In this document: in pieces, positions 29,104 to 39,587 of the stretch | Layout: every line of letters starts with the position of its first letter | Numbering within the stretch: position 1 is the first letter of the stretch | Origin: Porphyridium purpureum | Taxonomy: Eukaryota | Reading direction: 5' to 3' | NCBI GenBank assembly: GCA_008690995.1 | Contig: VRMN01000003.1 | Coordinates: 372,001-436,000 of the forward strand | DNA length: 64,000 bases | Notes under the pieces: generated by a model | Database searches by the model: none | What the model saw: the letters and a program-made list of their open reading frames with translations, nothing else | Told to the model about the DNA's origin: nothing | Position numbers and translations under genes: made by a program

Positions 29104-31509
29104 CTACGAATTTGACGAAATGCCCGGTTGCTCAGCAGCATACTCCATGACGAGATGTCTGCCGAACAAATGCGCCGCGGCAAGCGCCTCCATTGCAGAA
29201 GATGCCTCCTCCTCCGTGAAAAACTCGACGAACGCGAAACCTCGATGAGAGCCATCCATTTTCTTTGGCATCCGAACCCCCTTGACAGGTCCAAACGCAG
29301 AGAAGAGAGCTCGGACGTCTTTTGGTTTTGCTTCAAACGCCAAGTTGCGCACCACAAGTTTGCTGCTTTTCCCGGTGCTTGTACGTTTCTTCCCAGAAGA
29401 CGCATGACCTCCAACCGAGCCCGCACCTGTCTCGCGGCCACGATGGGAGACCTTTAGCTCTAGCGCATGACCGTCTAGGATTGCACCGTTCAGTGCTTGA
29501 ATGGCCGCGTGCGCATCTTTCGCTATCTCAAACTCGATAAATCCGTACCCCATGCTTTGCATGATCTCTGTGCCGTTGTGCGTCACTTTCTTCTTGGCAA
29601 TCTTGACCGACCGCAAAGCCCCGAATTCGGAGAACATGTCCTGCACGCCTTGTTCCGACGTTTCGAAACTAAGATTCTTCACAAAAATCGAAATTCCATC
29701 ACTCGAATCCTCCGCTTTCGTTTGCACACCGTCCGACAAGGCCCGGCGGTTCGCATCCGTACCCTTCTCCAACTTTTCTACGGAAGTCGCTTCAACAGCA
29801 GCAGCACGCTGGACAGGTATAGACTCCGATTCCTTCTCATTTGTTTCCGCACGCATGGGAGCCCACTCCAGGTACAGAATGCTTGTCTTTCGAAAACGGC
29901 GGTACGCCAAGCTCCTGTACGCATTTTTTGCATCTGGTGCATGCTGGAACCTGACCAATCCAATCAGTCCGGACGCCAGCAACTGCCATAAGCTGATCGT
30001 ACCATACTTCTCAAACAATGTCCGCAACTCCTGCTCTGAAGTGTCAGCCGGCAGATTCTTCACGAGCATGCACTTCTTGTCAAAGCTATGCCCCCCGCCT
30101 CGCTGCGATGAAAACATGGCTGACGTGTCTACCCCTAAGCTATGCAGAGATCTCTTCGCCTCGTTCTGGAGCTGGGCTTCCGCAGCTGCAAGACGCACCG
30201 CAGCGCTACCGCTTTCTCCAGTTTCCACGCCCAGAAGCTCGCCCTTTGACACTCCCAAGCGGGAAGAAATCACTTCGGCAACGGCGTCTGCATTCATAAA
30301 CAGCGAGCCCCAAGATACAGAGTCTGTGCCTTTTCCGGCGGACTCCTTTTTCTCTTGCAGGCGCCCCTCCTTGAACGTCTTAGAAACGCCTTCCGGGTTC
30401 CAGGTGCCGCCGTTTGCGTGGTTCGTCTTCGCCGGGAGAACTTGCAACAAACGACCCTGAAAAATTCGTCCGTCCAGGTCCAAGCATGCTTTGCGCGCGT
30501 GGTCCGGAAGTGCAAACGTTACGTATGCATATCCACGCGGCGCCTTGGTTGCACGATCAACAACCATATGAACATTGACCACCGGCCCGTGACCACGAAA
30601 CCATTCCGCCACCTCTTCTTCAGTGGACCCAAATGGCAAATTTCGAACAAACAGTCGCCCATCTTCAAAATCCTCCTCTTGTGCGTCCTCCTGCTCTTCT
30701 TCTTCTTCTTCTTCTTCTTCACCGTTCTGAGAATGATGTTTCTCCAGAATCTGAGCTTCAGCTTCTTTCTCATCCCCGTCCTCATCGCTCAACAAGTCGC
30801 CCTCGATTTTCTTGGACTGCAGAAACTCCAAGTCTGAGGTAAAGCGTGCGTGATGTTTGTCTTCGGGATGAGAGTCGCTGTCGCTTCCGCCAGATGGGAC
30901 TCCAGTTTTGCGGTTTCCACCATCGTACAGCTCTGGATCACTTACATCGACCTTGGTCCTCTTCTCGGGCTTTGACCGTGCCGCGGCATCCACCGCCTCG
31001 GCCACAGGCAAGGCATCATCCTCCCATACCGCGCGTTTTCGCGCTGTTCTCATCACATCCATGAATTCACCCAGTCTCGCCGTACTGTTCGCGTGTTCCG
31101 GAGCCGAAAGCGGGCTGTCCGGCTGCTCAGCTGCTGCAGACTTCCGCTTGTCAACTTTCGAAGCCGGCGCGCGCTGAGCAGCAGAAGCGTTTTGATGGGC
31201 GCGCCTGCGCGCTGAACCGTCGTTCTTCTCGCGTTCAGCGAGTCGCGCCCTGTCGTCACTCGCCACTCCGAAAGCAGGTTCAACAACAATGCGCGACGTG
31301 TCCAGAAACGTGTTATGAAACCGCTTGAGCGCCTTGAGCGCGTCGTGCTCATTCTTGAACCCGACAAACCCAAACTGCCGCGAGCGGCCTTCCTTGTTGT
31401 GGATGACCTTGGCGTCTGTCACAGGTCCGACCTGCCCAAACACCTCTCGCAATCGCTTTTCGTCGGCATGCTTGGGCAGGCCTTTCACCACTATCCGGCT
31501 TGTTGCCAT
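29104..31509 (-). CDS. MRD1: Multiple-RRM ribosome biogenesis factor MRD1/RBM19
   Basis: Five RRMs. N-terminal SRIVVKGLP...GRSRQFGFVGF...FHNTFLDTSRIVVE, AAVRLAAAE, C-terminal KLVVRNLAFEA...HRGFAFVEF...HLFGRHLVMEYA. Confidence 0.95.
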   Translation of the reverse strand: MATSRIVVKGLPKHADEKRLREVFGQVGPVTDAKVIHNKEGRSRQFGFVGFKNEHDALKALKRFHNTFLDTSRIVVEPAFGVASDDRARLAEREKNDGSARRRAHQNASAAQRAPASKVDKRKSAAAEQPDSPLSAPEHANSTARLGEFMDVMRTARKRAVWEDDALPVAEAVDAAARSKPEKRTKVDVSDPELYDGGNRKTGVPSGGSDSDSHPEDKHHARFTSDLEFLQSKKIEGDLLSDEDGDEKEAEAQILEKHHSQNGEEEEEEEEEQEDAQEEDFEDGRLFVRNLPFGSTEEEVAEWFRGHGPVVNVHMVVDRATKAPRGYAYVTFALPDHARKACLDLDGRIFQGRLLQVLPAKTNHANGGTWNPEGVSKTFKEGRLQEKKESAGKGTDSVSWGSLFMNADAVAEVISSRLGVSKGELLGVETGESGSAAVRLAAAEAQLQNEAKRSLHSLGVDTSAMFSSQRGGGHSFDKKCMLVKNLPADTSEQELRTLFEKYGTISLWQLLASGLIGLVRFQHAPDAKNAYRSLAYRRFRKTSILYLEWAPMRAETNEKESESIPVQRAAAVEATSVEKLEKGTDANRRALSDGVQTKAEDSSDGISIFVKNLSFETSEQGVQDMFSEFGALRSVKIAKKKVTHNGTEIMQSMGYGFIEFEIAKDAHAAIQALNGAILDGHALELKVSHRGRETGAGSVGGHASSGKKRTSTGKSSKLVVRNLAFEAKPKDVRALFSAFGPVKGVRMPKKMDGSHRGFAFVEFFTEEEASSAMEALAAAHLFGRHLVMEYAAEQPGISSNS

Positions 31510-31760
31510 GGAGCCCAGTGCGCGACAGCCACGCCAGTCTCCTTGCCTCGAAGTCAGCGCCTTCAGTCCCGCGTCGCCCGCCCGACGAATCCTTGCACAG
31601 TAACTGTACCGTAAAGTACATCTCCATAGTACAGTTCACCTGATTAGGTACACTTGCGGATGCTTACACTTGCCGAAGCGTTCGTGGTCGACGTGCATGG
31701 TTGGGAGTCTGGAGGGAGGCGGTCAGATGTCGATGTCTGACGGCGGCGACGCGCCTTCGA

Positions 31761-33449
31761 ATGGTGAGGAGGCGTGCGTGGACTGCGGTCGTCGCTGGAG
31801 GAGCGGCGCTGCTCGTTCCTAGAGGACAGGATGACAGCGATAACCCCAGCGTCCGTGCGCAGGAGCGAATGGCCGTGCTGCCGCGTTGGTTTGGCGATGA
31901 GCGACTTGCGGCAGTGCGCGCCGCGCGCGCGGTGTCGTGTGTGTTGAGCATTGTGGTGGAAAACGCGGTGATGCGAAACAGTGAGAATCGCGCAGCCATG
32001 TTCCAGAGACAAGGCCAGCGTACGTATCGTGTGCTGGAAAAGAATGGCGGAGTGTACACCAAGACAGGGCAAATGCTCTCTCAGATGGACCACTTGCTGC
32101 CTGTCGAGTACTGCCGAGAGCTCCGCCCGCTCTTTAACGAGTGCAAATCCAGAGATTGGCACGATGTAAAGAGGCTGCTGGAATCTGAGCTGCTCACGGA
32201 CGAAGCGCCGTTTTGCTCTCTAAACGATATCTTTGAGACGGTAGAAACGCAGCCCGTGGCTTCAGCTTCCCTTGCAAGCGTGTATCGTGCAAAACTCACA
32301 GCAAGTGTGCTCGCCAGAACGTGCACCGACGCGCATGAAGCGGTAGGAACGTCGTTATATGTGGCGATCAAGGTGCAGCATCCAGAGTTGGCGTTTCATG
32401 CACCAATGGACATTTTGGTCGTCAAGTACTTGCTCAGAATCGGCGGCCAGCTGTTTGAAACAGTGTCTAAGCTGTCCTGGCTCGCCGAGGAGCTGGAGCA
32501 GAATTTACCCAAAGAGCTTGACTTCAGCGTGGAGGCTCAAAACCTACAACGCTGTGCGCAAAATATCGCGTCTAGCCACAGTGCCATTGTACGACGAAAC
32601 ACTATGACGCCGCAAGCGTTTCCTGAACTTTCAAGCAAGCGAGTGTTGACCATGAGCTTCGAGAGCGGCGTGCTCATGAGCGACCGTGCAGCAATCGAGA
32701 AGCTTGGCCTGGCACCAGCGGATGTATCTCGCGTGCTTGCCGAATTTTTCAGTGATCAGATATTTGAGCGCGGCTTCGTCCACTGCGACCCGCACAGTGC
32801 GAATGTGCTGGTTCGAGTGCGTGATGAGACCAAGCATTCAAAAGAACCCATGCTGGTGATTTTAGACCACGGCCTTTACAGGCAGCTGTCCGACGAGATG
32901 CGTCTCGACTACGCGCGTCTTTGGCGGGCTATATTAATGCGTGATGAAGTTGAGATATACAGGTTGATGCGAAAGTTCCACATTGAGGACGAAGAGTCTG
33001 CACAACTCTTCTTTTCAATGCTGACTTTTCGCAGCTGGAGCGAGGTAGAGCAGCACAAACGGGTGGGGTTTCCGGCTGGTTTGATGAGCGCAGACAGGCA
33101 ACAAACGGACAGCGAACGTGTGAAACAGTTTGCGGCCCAGAATGCAGACCGCATCAACGACCTGCTTGGTCGCGTCCCACGCGATGTGCTGTTCCTATTG
33201 AAGATGCATGACTGCCTACGGGCAGTTGATCGACAACTCGGGGCGCCCTACTGTAGTCTCTTGACGGCGGCACGATTCAGCCTCGGCGCGCTGGCCCGCA
33301 ACGAGGCAGAGATGGACACGTCCCCGGCATTGTCGTGGAGTTTTCTAGATGCGCGGGCATGGAGTGCGCACGTTTTCACACGCGTACGCTATGCCACGTA
33401 CGAGTGCGTTCTGGCGTTAATCCAACTGATCACGCGTGTCATCGGCTGA
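31761..33449 (+). CDS. ABC1/UbiB atypical kinase (ADCK1/MCP2-like)
   Basis: NGGVYTKTGQ, PVASASLASVYRA, VAIKVQHP, ELDFSVEAQN, GFVHCDPHSANVLV, ILDHGLY. Confidence 0.92.
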   Translation: MVRRRAWTAVVAGGAALLVPRGQDDSDNPSVRAQERMAVLPRWFGDERLAAVRAARAVSCVLSIVVENAVMRNSENRAAMFQRQGQRTYRVLEKNGGVYTKTGQMLSQMDHLLPVEYCRELRPLFNECKSRDWHDVKRLLESELLTDEAPFCSLNDIFETVETQPVASASLASVYRAKLTASVLARTCTDAHEAVGTSLYVAIKVQHPELAFHAPMDILVVKYLLRIGGQLFETVSKLSWLAEELEQNLPKELDFSVEAQNLQRCAQNIASSHSAIVRRNTMTPQAFPELSSKRVLTMSFESGVLMSDRAAIEKLGLAPADVSRVLAEFFSDQIFERGFVHCDPHSANVLVRVRDETKHSKEPMLVILDHGLYRQLSDEMRLDYARLWRAILMRDEVEIYRLMRKFHIEDEESAQLFFSMLTFRSWSEVEQHKRVGFPAGLMSADRQQTDSERVKQFAAQNADRINDLLGRVPRDVLFLLKMHDCLRAVDRQLGAPYCSLLTAARFSLGALARNEAEMDTSPALSWSFLDARAWSAHVFTRVRYATYECVLALIQLITRVIG

Positions 33450-34436
33450 GGGGATGCGCGTAGGCTCACAGAAAAGTTGCGACCGACGGAACCTGCTCGT
33501 CGCATTTGAGGTACTCCATTTCTTGCGCAGCAGCAACGCTCCATCCAGAGCGCCTACTCCATCGTTCCTAAACATCCCTTACCTTGAGAACCTGAAAAAT
33601 CTCAACAGACTTCACGGGCTCAAAGACACGGCGGGAATCTACGCCTCTGGCCGTCTCCTGCGCTCCAGCTTCTGCAATTCTCACTGCTTCGGGTAGCGAG
33701 CGTTTACCTGGCGGCAGCATGGTGTCGTCCACGCCACTGCCATTCTCGCGCACCCACCCACACCGCCGCTATTTTGATCTGGTGCTCGCCGCACCCACGC
33801 GCAGCATCACCGTCCCCACTGTACACACGCTCGACCGTCACTGCCGCATTCCAAAGCTATCCTTCCACGAAACCCAACGCCGACCGCACATTTCGTCAGT
33901 GCGTTGTCATCACGCCCCGTTTGGCCTGCCAGCTACCACGTGTAATCCGGTGAGCGCACAGGGGGGGAGGGGTGGGAGTGACCCACAAACCACGCGCGCA
34001 CCACAAGAGGATGGATATGCGTTCATTCGCCGATTCATAGAGAAACGGGCCTGTTTCCCTAGATACAAGTATTCCAGCGTCACGGCGCGCGGCGCGGGTG
34101 TCCGGATCGCTAGCTAAACGCACGCATCCGGCAAGCGAGATTCGGCTTTGTGCGCGCCGAAGCGGACAGCGTGTCTGTTGGCGTTGTCCTAACTCGAAGC
34201 GGGAAGAAATACGCGCCCGTTCGCTCGCGCATAGACATACATGAGCGCGCGTCGCTGCTGCTAAACAGAGATCCGCTCGCTGACGTCTCGCCCTGTTCGA
34301 CTGGCCGTAGCGTTGTTGGAACGTCACGTGCGATTGGCGCTGCGGCACAGGGGGGGAATCGCTACGGAAAGCGAGACAGCGGCGTATTGCGGGAGCAGGG
34401 GACACGAGGAGTGGCGAGGCGGAAGGACAAGCCGGG

Positions 34437-35096
34437 ATGGACTTCTTGGACGAGTTTTATCCTGTCGAGCACGGTCTGGAAGTGCTGGCGGCGGCGCGCG
34501 CGGATGGCGCAAGCCACCCGCTCGCGGAGAGCCAGCCGCCCGCGGTTGGCCCGGTGTTGGATCTGATGAGCGACGCCGGACTGGACGCCGTCCTGGAGCA
34601 ATTTGATGACGCGGATGATGCTCTCTTCGTGCTGGACCATCAGCACGGCGACAGAGCACACCTTTGCCAGTTCATGCCCTCGTCGCCCAGCGTATCGGCC
34701 AACTCGTCATCAAGTGCCGCGCGCCGCGAGCATTCCGTAGCATGGCCACTACCTCAAGACGTCCAAAGGGCTATGATGAAACTGGAACACGTGCCATTGG
34801 TCAAGGAAGAAGCTGCGTTCGTGTCCGCCCAGTCAACTCCGGTTGGTTTATCAAACGGGGCTGAATGTGATTCGACGACAGACATGGGCACTCTGCCCTT
34901 GTGGAGCCGCGAGGACGCTCTGAAGCGGTACCGTGCTAAACGCGAGCGCAGAAGTTTCAAGAAAGTCGTTCGCTACGACTGCCGTAAAAAGATTGCCGCC
35001 TCGAGGCCACGCATCGGTGGCAGGTTTGCGCGCCGCGGTGAAATAGACAGGATCGGCTCGTCTATTTCTCTCGTCACAATGACCACAGAACAGTAG
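34437..35096 (+). CDS. CCT-domain protein (CONSTANS/TOC1-type C-terminus, no B-box seen)
   Basis: REDALKRYRAKRERRSFKKVVRYDCRKKIAASRPRIGGRFAR. Confidence 0.92.
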   Translation: MDFLDEFYPVEHGLEVLAAARADGASHPLAESQPPAVGPVLDLMSDAGLDAVLEQFDDADDALFVLDHQHGDRAHLCQFMPSSPSVSANSSSSAARREHSVAWPLPQDVQRAMMKLEHVPLVKEEAAFVSAQSTPVGLSNGAECDSTTDMGTLPLWSREDALKRYRAKRERRSFKKVVRYDCRKKIAASRPRIGGRFARRGEIDRIGSSISLVTMTTEQ

Positions 35097-35766
35097 ACCA
35101 ACCGCAGACGTCTTCGAGGCGTATGCGGAAGGGCCCAAGGAGAGTGAGGCTGCAGAGACGAAGAATTGTGGCCTTTTGAAGTCAGCACATGTGCTCGTCT
35201 TGTCTAGCGCGTGCCACTAGACGGCGCGCCTCGACTGTGGGCAAGTAATAATATTTGAATCGAATCTGTAATGTGATTTGGACACGTCGCGATGTGTGTG
35301 CGTGCCTCTAGTACGTGATCGTTTACGGGTATCTCGTACTTGGCGTGTGGCGGCCTCTCTTGATGCTGGATCTGAGTGCTTTGGGTAAGACCACTTGAAT
35401 CCTGGCGCCTTCAGCGGCTTTCACTGTCTTTCATTGCTCACTGACACTTCTGTTAGTGCGGTTGAGAGATGGCCCACCAATGCTCCTCTTCCGCAACGGA
35501 CCTTCGCGAACCAGGGGAAGAGGTGCAAGTCAGGTGAAAGAGCAGATGAGGTCGGCATCAGGTACAGATGGCCATCCCTGCCTGCGCCAAGGCAAGCCCT
35601 GTCGCTTAGAATGTCAGAAGAATCTGTGTAAAATGATATAGTATTGCAAGGCTCGTGGGTTGGGCGAACTGTACGCTCGATGAATGCGTGGAGTGGAAGG
35701 TTTTGTCAGAACCGTGGCCCCCTTGCGGAGCGTCTCAGAATCTGCTGGTGACCCCTTCATCCCGGC

Positions 35767-36924
35767 TCATTCCGACTTTGTCATAGACTTTGCCGCACTC
35801 TTTTTGCGTGAGTGCTTGACAACGTGCTCCAGCCCCAAGCCACAAAACACAAGCGTCATTGCTATCCATTGCTGGAGCGACACGTTGTGTTTGTAGACCA
35901 CGATCGAAAGCAGAACGGTAAACATTTTGCGCGTCGTGGTAATCGTGGTGCATGCGAGTGCGCTCACGTTTCGCACGGTGTAGAAAATGAAGTTCTGGCC
36001 CAGTGCGGACACCAGCGAGAAAACCAAAATGTCATGGAGCACACGCGGATGGTCCCAGATGAACCGTGTGCTCTGCGAAATTTCACCGGAGAATACAACC
36101 ACGAACAAACATATGGCGCTGGCCCATAAATTCTGGTGGAACATGAGCTGGTGCGTGCTCGGCGAATACTTGGCCACCAGAATTTCTTGAAAGGGACCCA
36201 CGACGCCGTCCATAAAGAGCGACAAGAGCAGGAGAAGCAAGCCCACGGCGGACGTGTGTCCCTTGTCGCTCGCGCCACGCTGTGGGTTGTACGAGAACAT
36301 ACCTACGCCCACCGTGATCATGACCACAATTAAATATTCCATGGGCGTGTATTTCTTTTTCCGAATCACAATGCCCATAAGCATGACCGGGATCATTTTA
36401 CAGCTCTTACCGAGCGCTTGCATGGGGTAGGTCATGTGGTGCAGTGCCTCATAACTGAATGTCATGGCCAACAGGTACGTGAGCGCGGCGAGAAGGTATT
36501 GGTGCCACGGGACCGGCAAAGACGGCTTTTCCTTTTCCGAATCGATCGCAGCCTTCTCGTCCCCAGCGGCGGCAGATCTGAACTTTTTCATCACCAACAC
36601 CGCGCCAGCCGCCGCGGCATTCACCCCACACTGAATCGCCAGCAGACTCAGCGTGAACTTCCAGTGCGCGTCGTCCGGTGCGTACGCACGCTTGTATAGT
36701 TTCTCATGCAGCGTCCCGTAGTACAAGTAGCATGTATAGATTCCCAGTGCACACATCAATACCTGCAGCTCAGCCCGGTTCAAAGTCAAGTACGAGGCTG
36801 AAGCTCGGGAGGCCTGTTTCTGCTGCACGTCTTCAGTGCCCGCTTTCTTCAAGGATGCGCGCTGCTGCAACGCGGTGTTGCCATCATCTTTCTCGCGGTC
36901 GTCCCGACTCTTTACGTCAGACAT
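35767..36924 (-). CDS. UAA-family nucleotide-sugar/ATP transporter (SLC35B1/HUT1/UTr1-like)
   Basis: GIYTCYLYYGTLHEKL, YPMQALGKSCKMIPVMLMG, SALGQNFIF, TTITTTRKMFTVLLS. Confidence 0.92.
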   Translation of the reverse strand: MSDVKSRDDREKDDGNTALQQRASLKKAGTEDVQQKQASRASASYLTLNRAELQVLMCALGIYTCYLYYGTLHEKLYKRAYAPDDAHWKFTLSLLAIQCGVNAAAAGAVLVMKKFRSAAAGDEKAAIDSEKEKPSLPVPWHQYLLAALTYLLAMTFSYEALHHMTYPMQALGKSCKMIPVMLMGIVIRKKKYTPMEYLIVVMITVGVGMFSYNPQRGASDKGHTSAVGLLLLLLSLFMDGVVGPFQEILVAKYSPSTHQLMFHQNLWASAICLFVVVFSGEISQSTRFIWDHPRVLHDILVFSLVSALGQNFIFYTVRNVSALACTTITTTRKMFTVLLSIVVYKHNVSLQQWIAMTLVFCGLGLEHVVKHSRKKSAAKSMTKSE

Positions 36925-37134
36925 ATTCGAAACGAGTGTTCAAGTCCTTTTCCTCTTCCTTCTTTACCGTCGGGAATGTTGTGAGTGGTTGGGAAAAACA
37001 CGAACATGAGAGCAAATGGCATGTAAAACGGGCGGAACATTTCACAGCCCGTCACGATGAGTTCCACGATCTGCAGAAGATGGGCGAGGAGGGCGTGGTG
37101 CGGATTCGAAGAGATCGGTGGCCCGCGGCGGGGA

Positions 37135-37617
37135 ATGGCGGCCAAGCATGTACCGCCCGAAAATGACCGCGCGAACCTTGCAGCGGGTGTGAAAAAAAAG
37201 TGGGCAGATAAAACCCTCCGGGAGCTTTGCAGGTGTCCGCTGGCGGCGCTGAGCGGCGTTCCTCAGAGTGTCGAAAATTATTTCAGAGACCAACAAGTGA
37301 GAACGGTCGAGGAGCTCGCTGCGTGGAAGTATGCTGAAATCGCGTCTGGCTTGGTTCTGTTGAGCAAGTTTGAGAAACCCAGGCACATAGGAACAATCTA
37401 CACAGGCTTCAACTTTTACAAGGCGCTTGATAAGGAAGTTCAGAGCCTGCCGCTCGCACAGATTATTGAGAAACCGCCGGACTTCCTCCATGGTATCTCG
37501 GGCGCAGCGGCCATGGATCTTCACCGGATCGGCATAGCCACCCTGAAGGATCTGGCGTACTACAAGCCGTACTTGTGTGCCAAAGGCATTGTGCGCATGG
37601 CGAAATACGAGGAGTGA
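37135..37617 (+). CDS. Uncharacterised 160-aa protein built from two ~68-aa repeats with HhH-like motifs
   Basis: The repeats align without gaps: ...PLAALSGV...VRTVEELAAWKY..IASGLVLLSKFE versus ...PPDFLHGI...IATLKDLAYYKP..CAKGIVRMAKYE. Confidence 0.75.
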   Translation: MAAKHVPPENDRANLAAGVKKKWADKTLRELCRCPLAALSGVPQSVENYFRDQQVRTVEELAAWKYAEIASGLVLLSKFEKPRHIGTIYTGFNFYKALDKEVQSLPLAQIIEKPPDFLHGISGAAAMDLHRIGIATLKDLAYYKPYLCAKGIVRMAKYEE

Positions 37618-37844
37618 GACGTGCCCACGGGTGTGTAAAAGTCGCGACCACGAATGCCTGGTCGTTGTAGGAAGATTCGTAGCCTCTGCGTGGACGCCAT
37701 GCCCAGACTACGTGTCACAACCTCGATTAGCTTTAATGTGCACCTGACCTTGATGCTTCAATGGCTCACTAGAGCGTCTTCGTCCTTTCTAACTCTGCGA
37801 CTCATAAAGCCAGCAAATCATCAGTGCCGATCATGACTTCGAGA

Positions 37845-39587
37845 CTAGGAATTCTCTTGCTTCTTTTTCAGTTTCAAAGCGTGACCGAGATCACGGAAGC
37901 TGGCGCCCACGTTCTTCATCGTCATGGACGACGCTTGCATGAGCCGGCTCTCGCTCATTTTTGTTTTCCTGTTGAACTGGCTATCCCCTCGGCTCGGCGC
38001 GCCACCAGTACCAGACTCCTTGCGTTCCTTCACAGCGCGGAAAAACTCTGCACACTCTCTTGCCGTAGGCCTCTGCGAAGGGTCCTTGTGCAAAATCTGG
38101 CGCAAAAAGGATTTGAATTCTTCGCTTGTTTCTTTCCAACATTGCCCGTCAAATGGCGGCTCCTTGTACACAATGGCCTTCTGAACCTGCTTCCTCGTGT
38201 CACCGGTGAAAGGAAACTTCTTCTTGATCAAAGCGTAGAGCACAACGCCTGTGCTCCAAATATCAAGCGGCTCTGCGTGATGTGGCTTCCGCAAAACAAT
38301 TTCTGGACTTTCGTAAGCCGAGCTACCCGGAAATTCGTCTGTAATAAGGAGCAAGCTCTTGTCTGCCTCAATCATAGTTTCAATGTGCTCCGAATCCAAA
38401 TCCGAAGATAAGATCATGCGCCGCCTTCCGTCTGCAGTTGTTTCCGTGCCCTTTTCCGCAAATTCAGAAGCAACAAGCTGCTCCTTCGCGTTTGCCATGG
38501 CATCAGACGAAGACGACGAGCCCGCTTTGTCCTTTTTCTTTTTCCGATACTTCTTGGCTTTTTCCCGATCCGCGAGGACACGCCGTACGTGATCGTCTCG
38601 ACGCCAAGCAAGACCAAAGTCAATCAGCTTAATTTCACCCCCTTTGGCCTTGGTGTACACCAGGTTTTCCAGTTTGACGTCGCGATGTGCAACGCCTCTG
38701 GTGTGCAAATAATCGAGCGCAGAAAATATTTGGATCGCAATGTCTATAGCGTGAATTTCAGTGAAGGTCTTCCGAATCGCAGCATCGAACAGATCCCCAC
38801 CTCGCAAAATCTCAGTCACCAGATACCAGTGCTTAGCATTCTCAAAGCACTCGACAAAGAGAACAATATTGGGATGGCGCGCGTGGCGAAGAATGTCGAT
38901 CTCCCGTATCACCGCAGCCTCACAGTTTTCTCTCTCCGCATAAGCACGCGTGATAATCTTCACCGCTACCGACGTGGGCGCGTCAATGCCGAGCTCTTCG
39001 GGGGTTGACAAGTTTGGTTGCGACGAGAGAAGGGCACTGGTGCTTGCGTCTGCGCCCGTGGGGATGACTCCGTACACAGACGGTTGGTCTGGATTCTGCA
39101 TTCGATAGGTCGGTACTGAAGACGCACGACCCTGAGATATCGCGGGGCCCAATGTAGCCTGCGCATTAAGCGATGAAGTGCTTCCTTGACTGTTTGCTCC
39201 GGTGCCATTCTGATTCGTACCGGTTACCGGCTGCGCGGCCAATCTCTGAGATCCCAACCGCTGCGACCCCCACCGGGACCGATCTTTTGACCGCGGCGTC
39301 ACATTCGAATCCCTCTTGGAGGACTGGCCACTCGCCACGGTGCCCGAGTTCCCTTCCTTTTCACTTGACATCCGAGGCATGTTCAGCAAGCCACTAAGCC
39401 GCATGGACACCCGCTGTGACGCGGATCGCGGCTCGCCGCCAGGACCCCTCATGCGCTCGGCGCGCACCACATCACCCTCCGCTCCTAGTCCCAGCAACTC
39501 CTTCACTACATAACCGCGCTCGAGCAGCATTGGATGCGCAATCTGCATCGACCGCCGGGTCTCCCCCTTGACGCGCCCATTCATCAT
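37845..39587 (-). CDS. CAMK-group Ser/Thr kinase with large insertions
   Basis: LGLGAEGDV, (long insert), VAVK, HRDVKLEN, DFG, (about 93-aa activation-segment insert), FPGSSAYESPE, DIWSTGV. Confidence 0.92.
   Translation of the reverse strand: MMNGRVKGETRRSMQIAHPMLLERGYVVKELLGLGAEGDVVRAERMRGPGGEPRSASQRVSMRLSGLLNMPRMSSEKEGNSGTVASGQSSKRDSNVTPRSKDRSRWGSQRLGSQRLAAQPVTGTNQNGTGANSQGSTSSLNAQATLGPAISQGRASSVPTYRMQNPDQPSVYGVIPTGADASTSALLSSQPNLSTPEELGIDAPTSVAVKIITRAYAERENCEAAVIREIDILRHARHPNIVLFVECFENAKHWYLVTEILRGGDLFDAAIRKTFTEIHAIDIAIQIFSALDYLHTRGVAHRDVKLENLVYTKAKGGEIKLIDFGLAWRRDDHVRRVLADREKAKKYRKKKKDKAGSSSSSDAMANAKEQLVASEFAEKGTETTADGRRRMILSSDLDSEHIETMIEADKSLLLITDEFPGSSAYESPEIVLRKPHHAEPLDIWSTGVVLYALIKKKFPFTGDTRKQVQKAIVYKEPPFDGQCWKETSEEFKSFLRQILHKDPSQRPTARECAEFFRAVKERKESGTGGAPSRGDSQFNRKTKMSESRLMQASSMTMKNVGASFRDLGHALKLKKKQENS

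Noticed and set aside
27940..30460. Long antisense ORFs (27940-28905 minus, 29501-30460 plus) and similar shadows throughout the window
   Set aside because: They overlap well-supported genes on the opposite strand and are expected from GC-rich codon usage.
31630..31665. ACCTGAT segment resembling a TPP riboswitch
   Set aside because: No upstream CUGAGA/P2-P3 elements, and the flanking genes are unrelated to thiamine.
33568..33753. Short minus-strand ORF with possible splice donors between the ABC1 and CCT genes
   Set aside because: No recognisable motif and no gene model I can support; more likely 3' UTR or promoter sequence.
35528..35546. TCAGGTGAAAGAGCAG resembling SRP helix 8
   Set aside because: Only one possible pair closes the GAAA loop (three expected), and no surrounding SRP structure is apparent.
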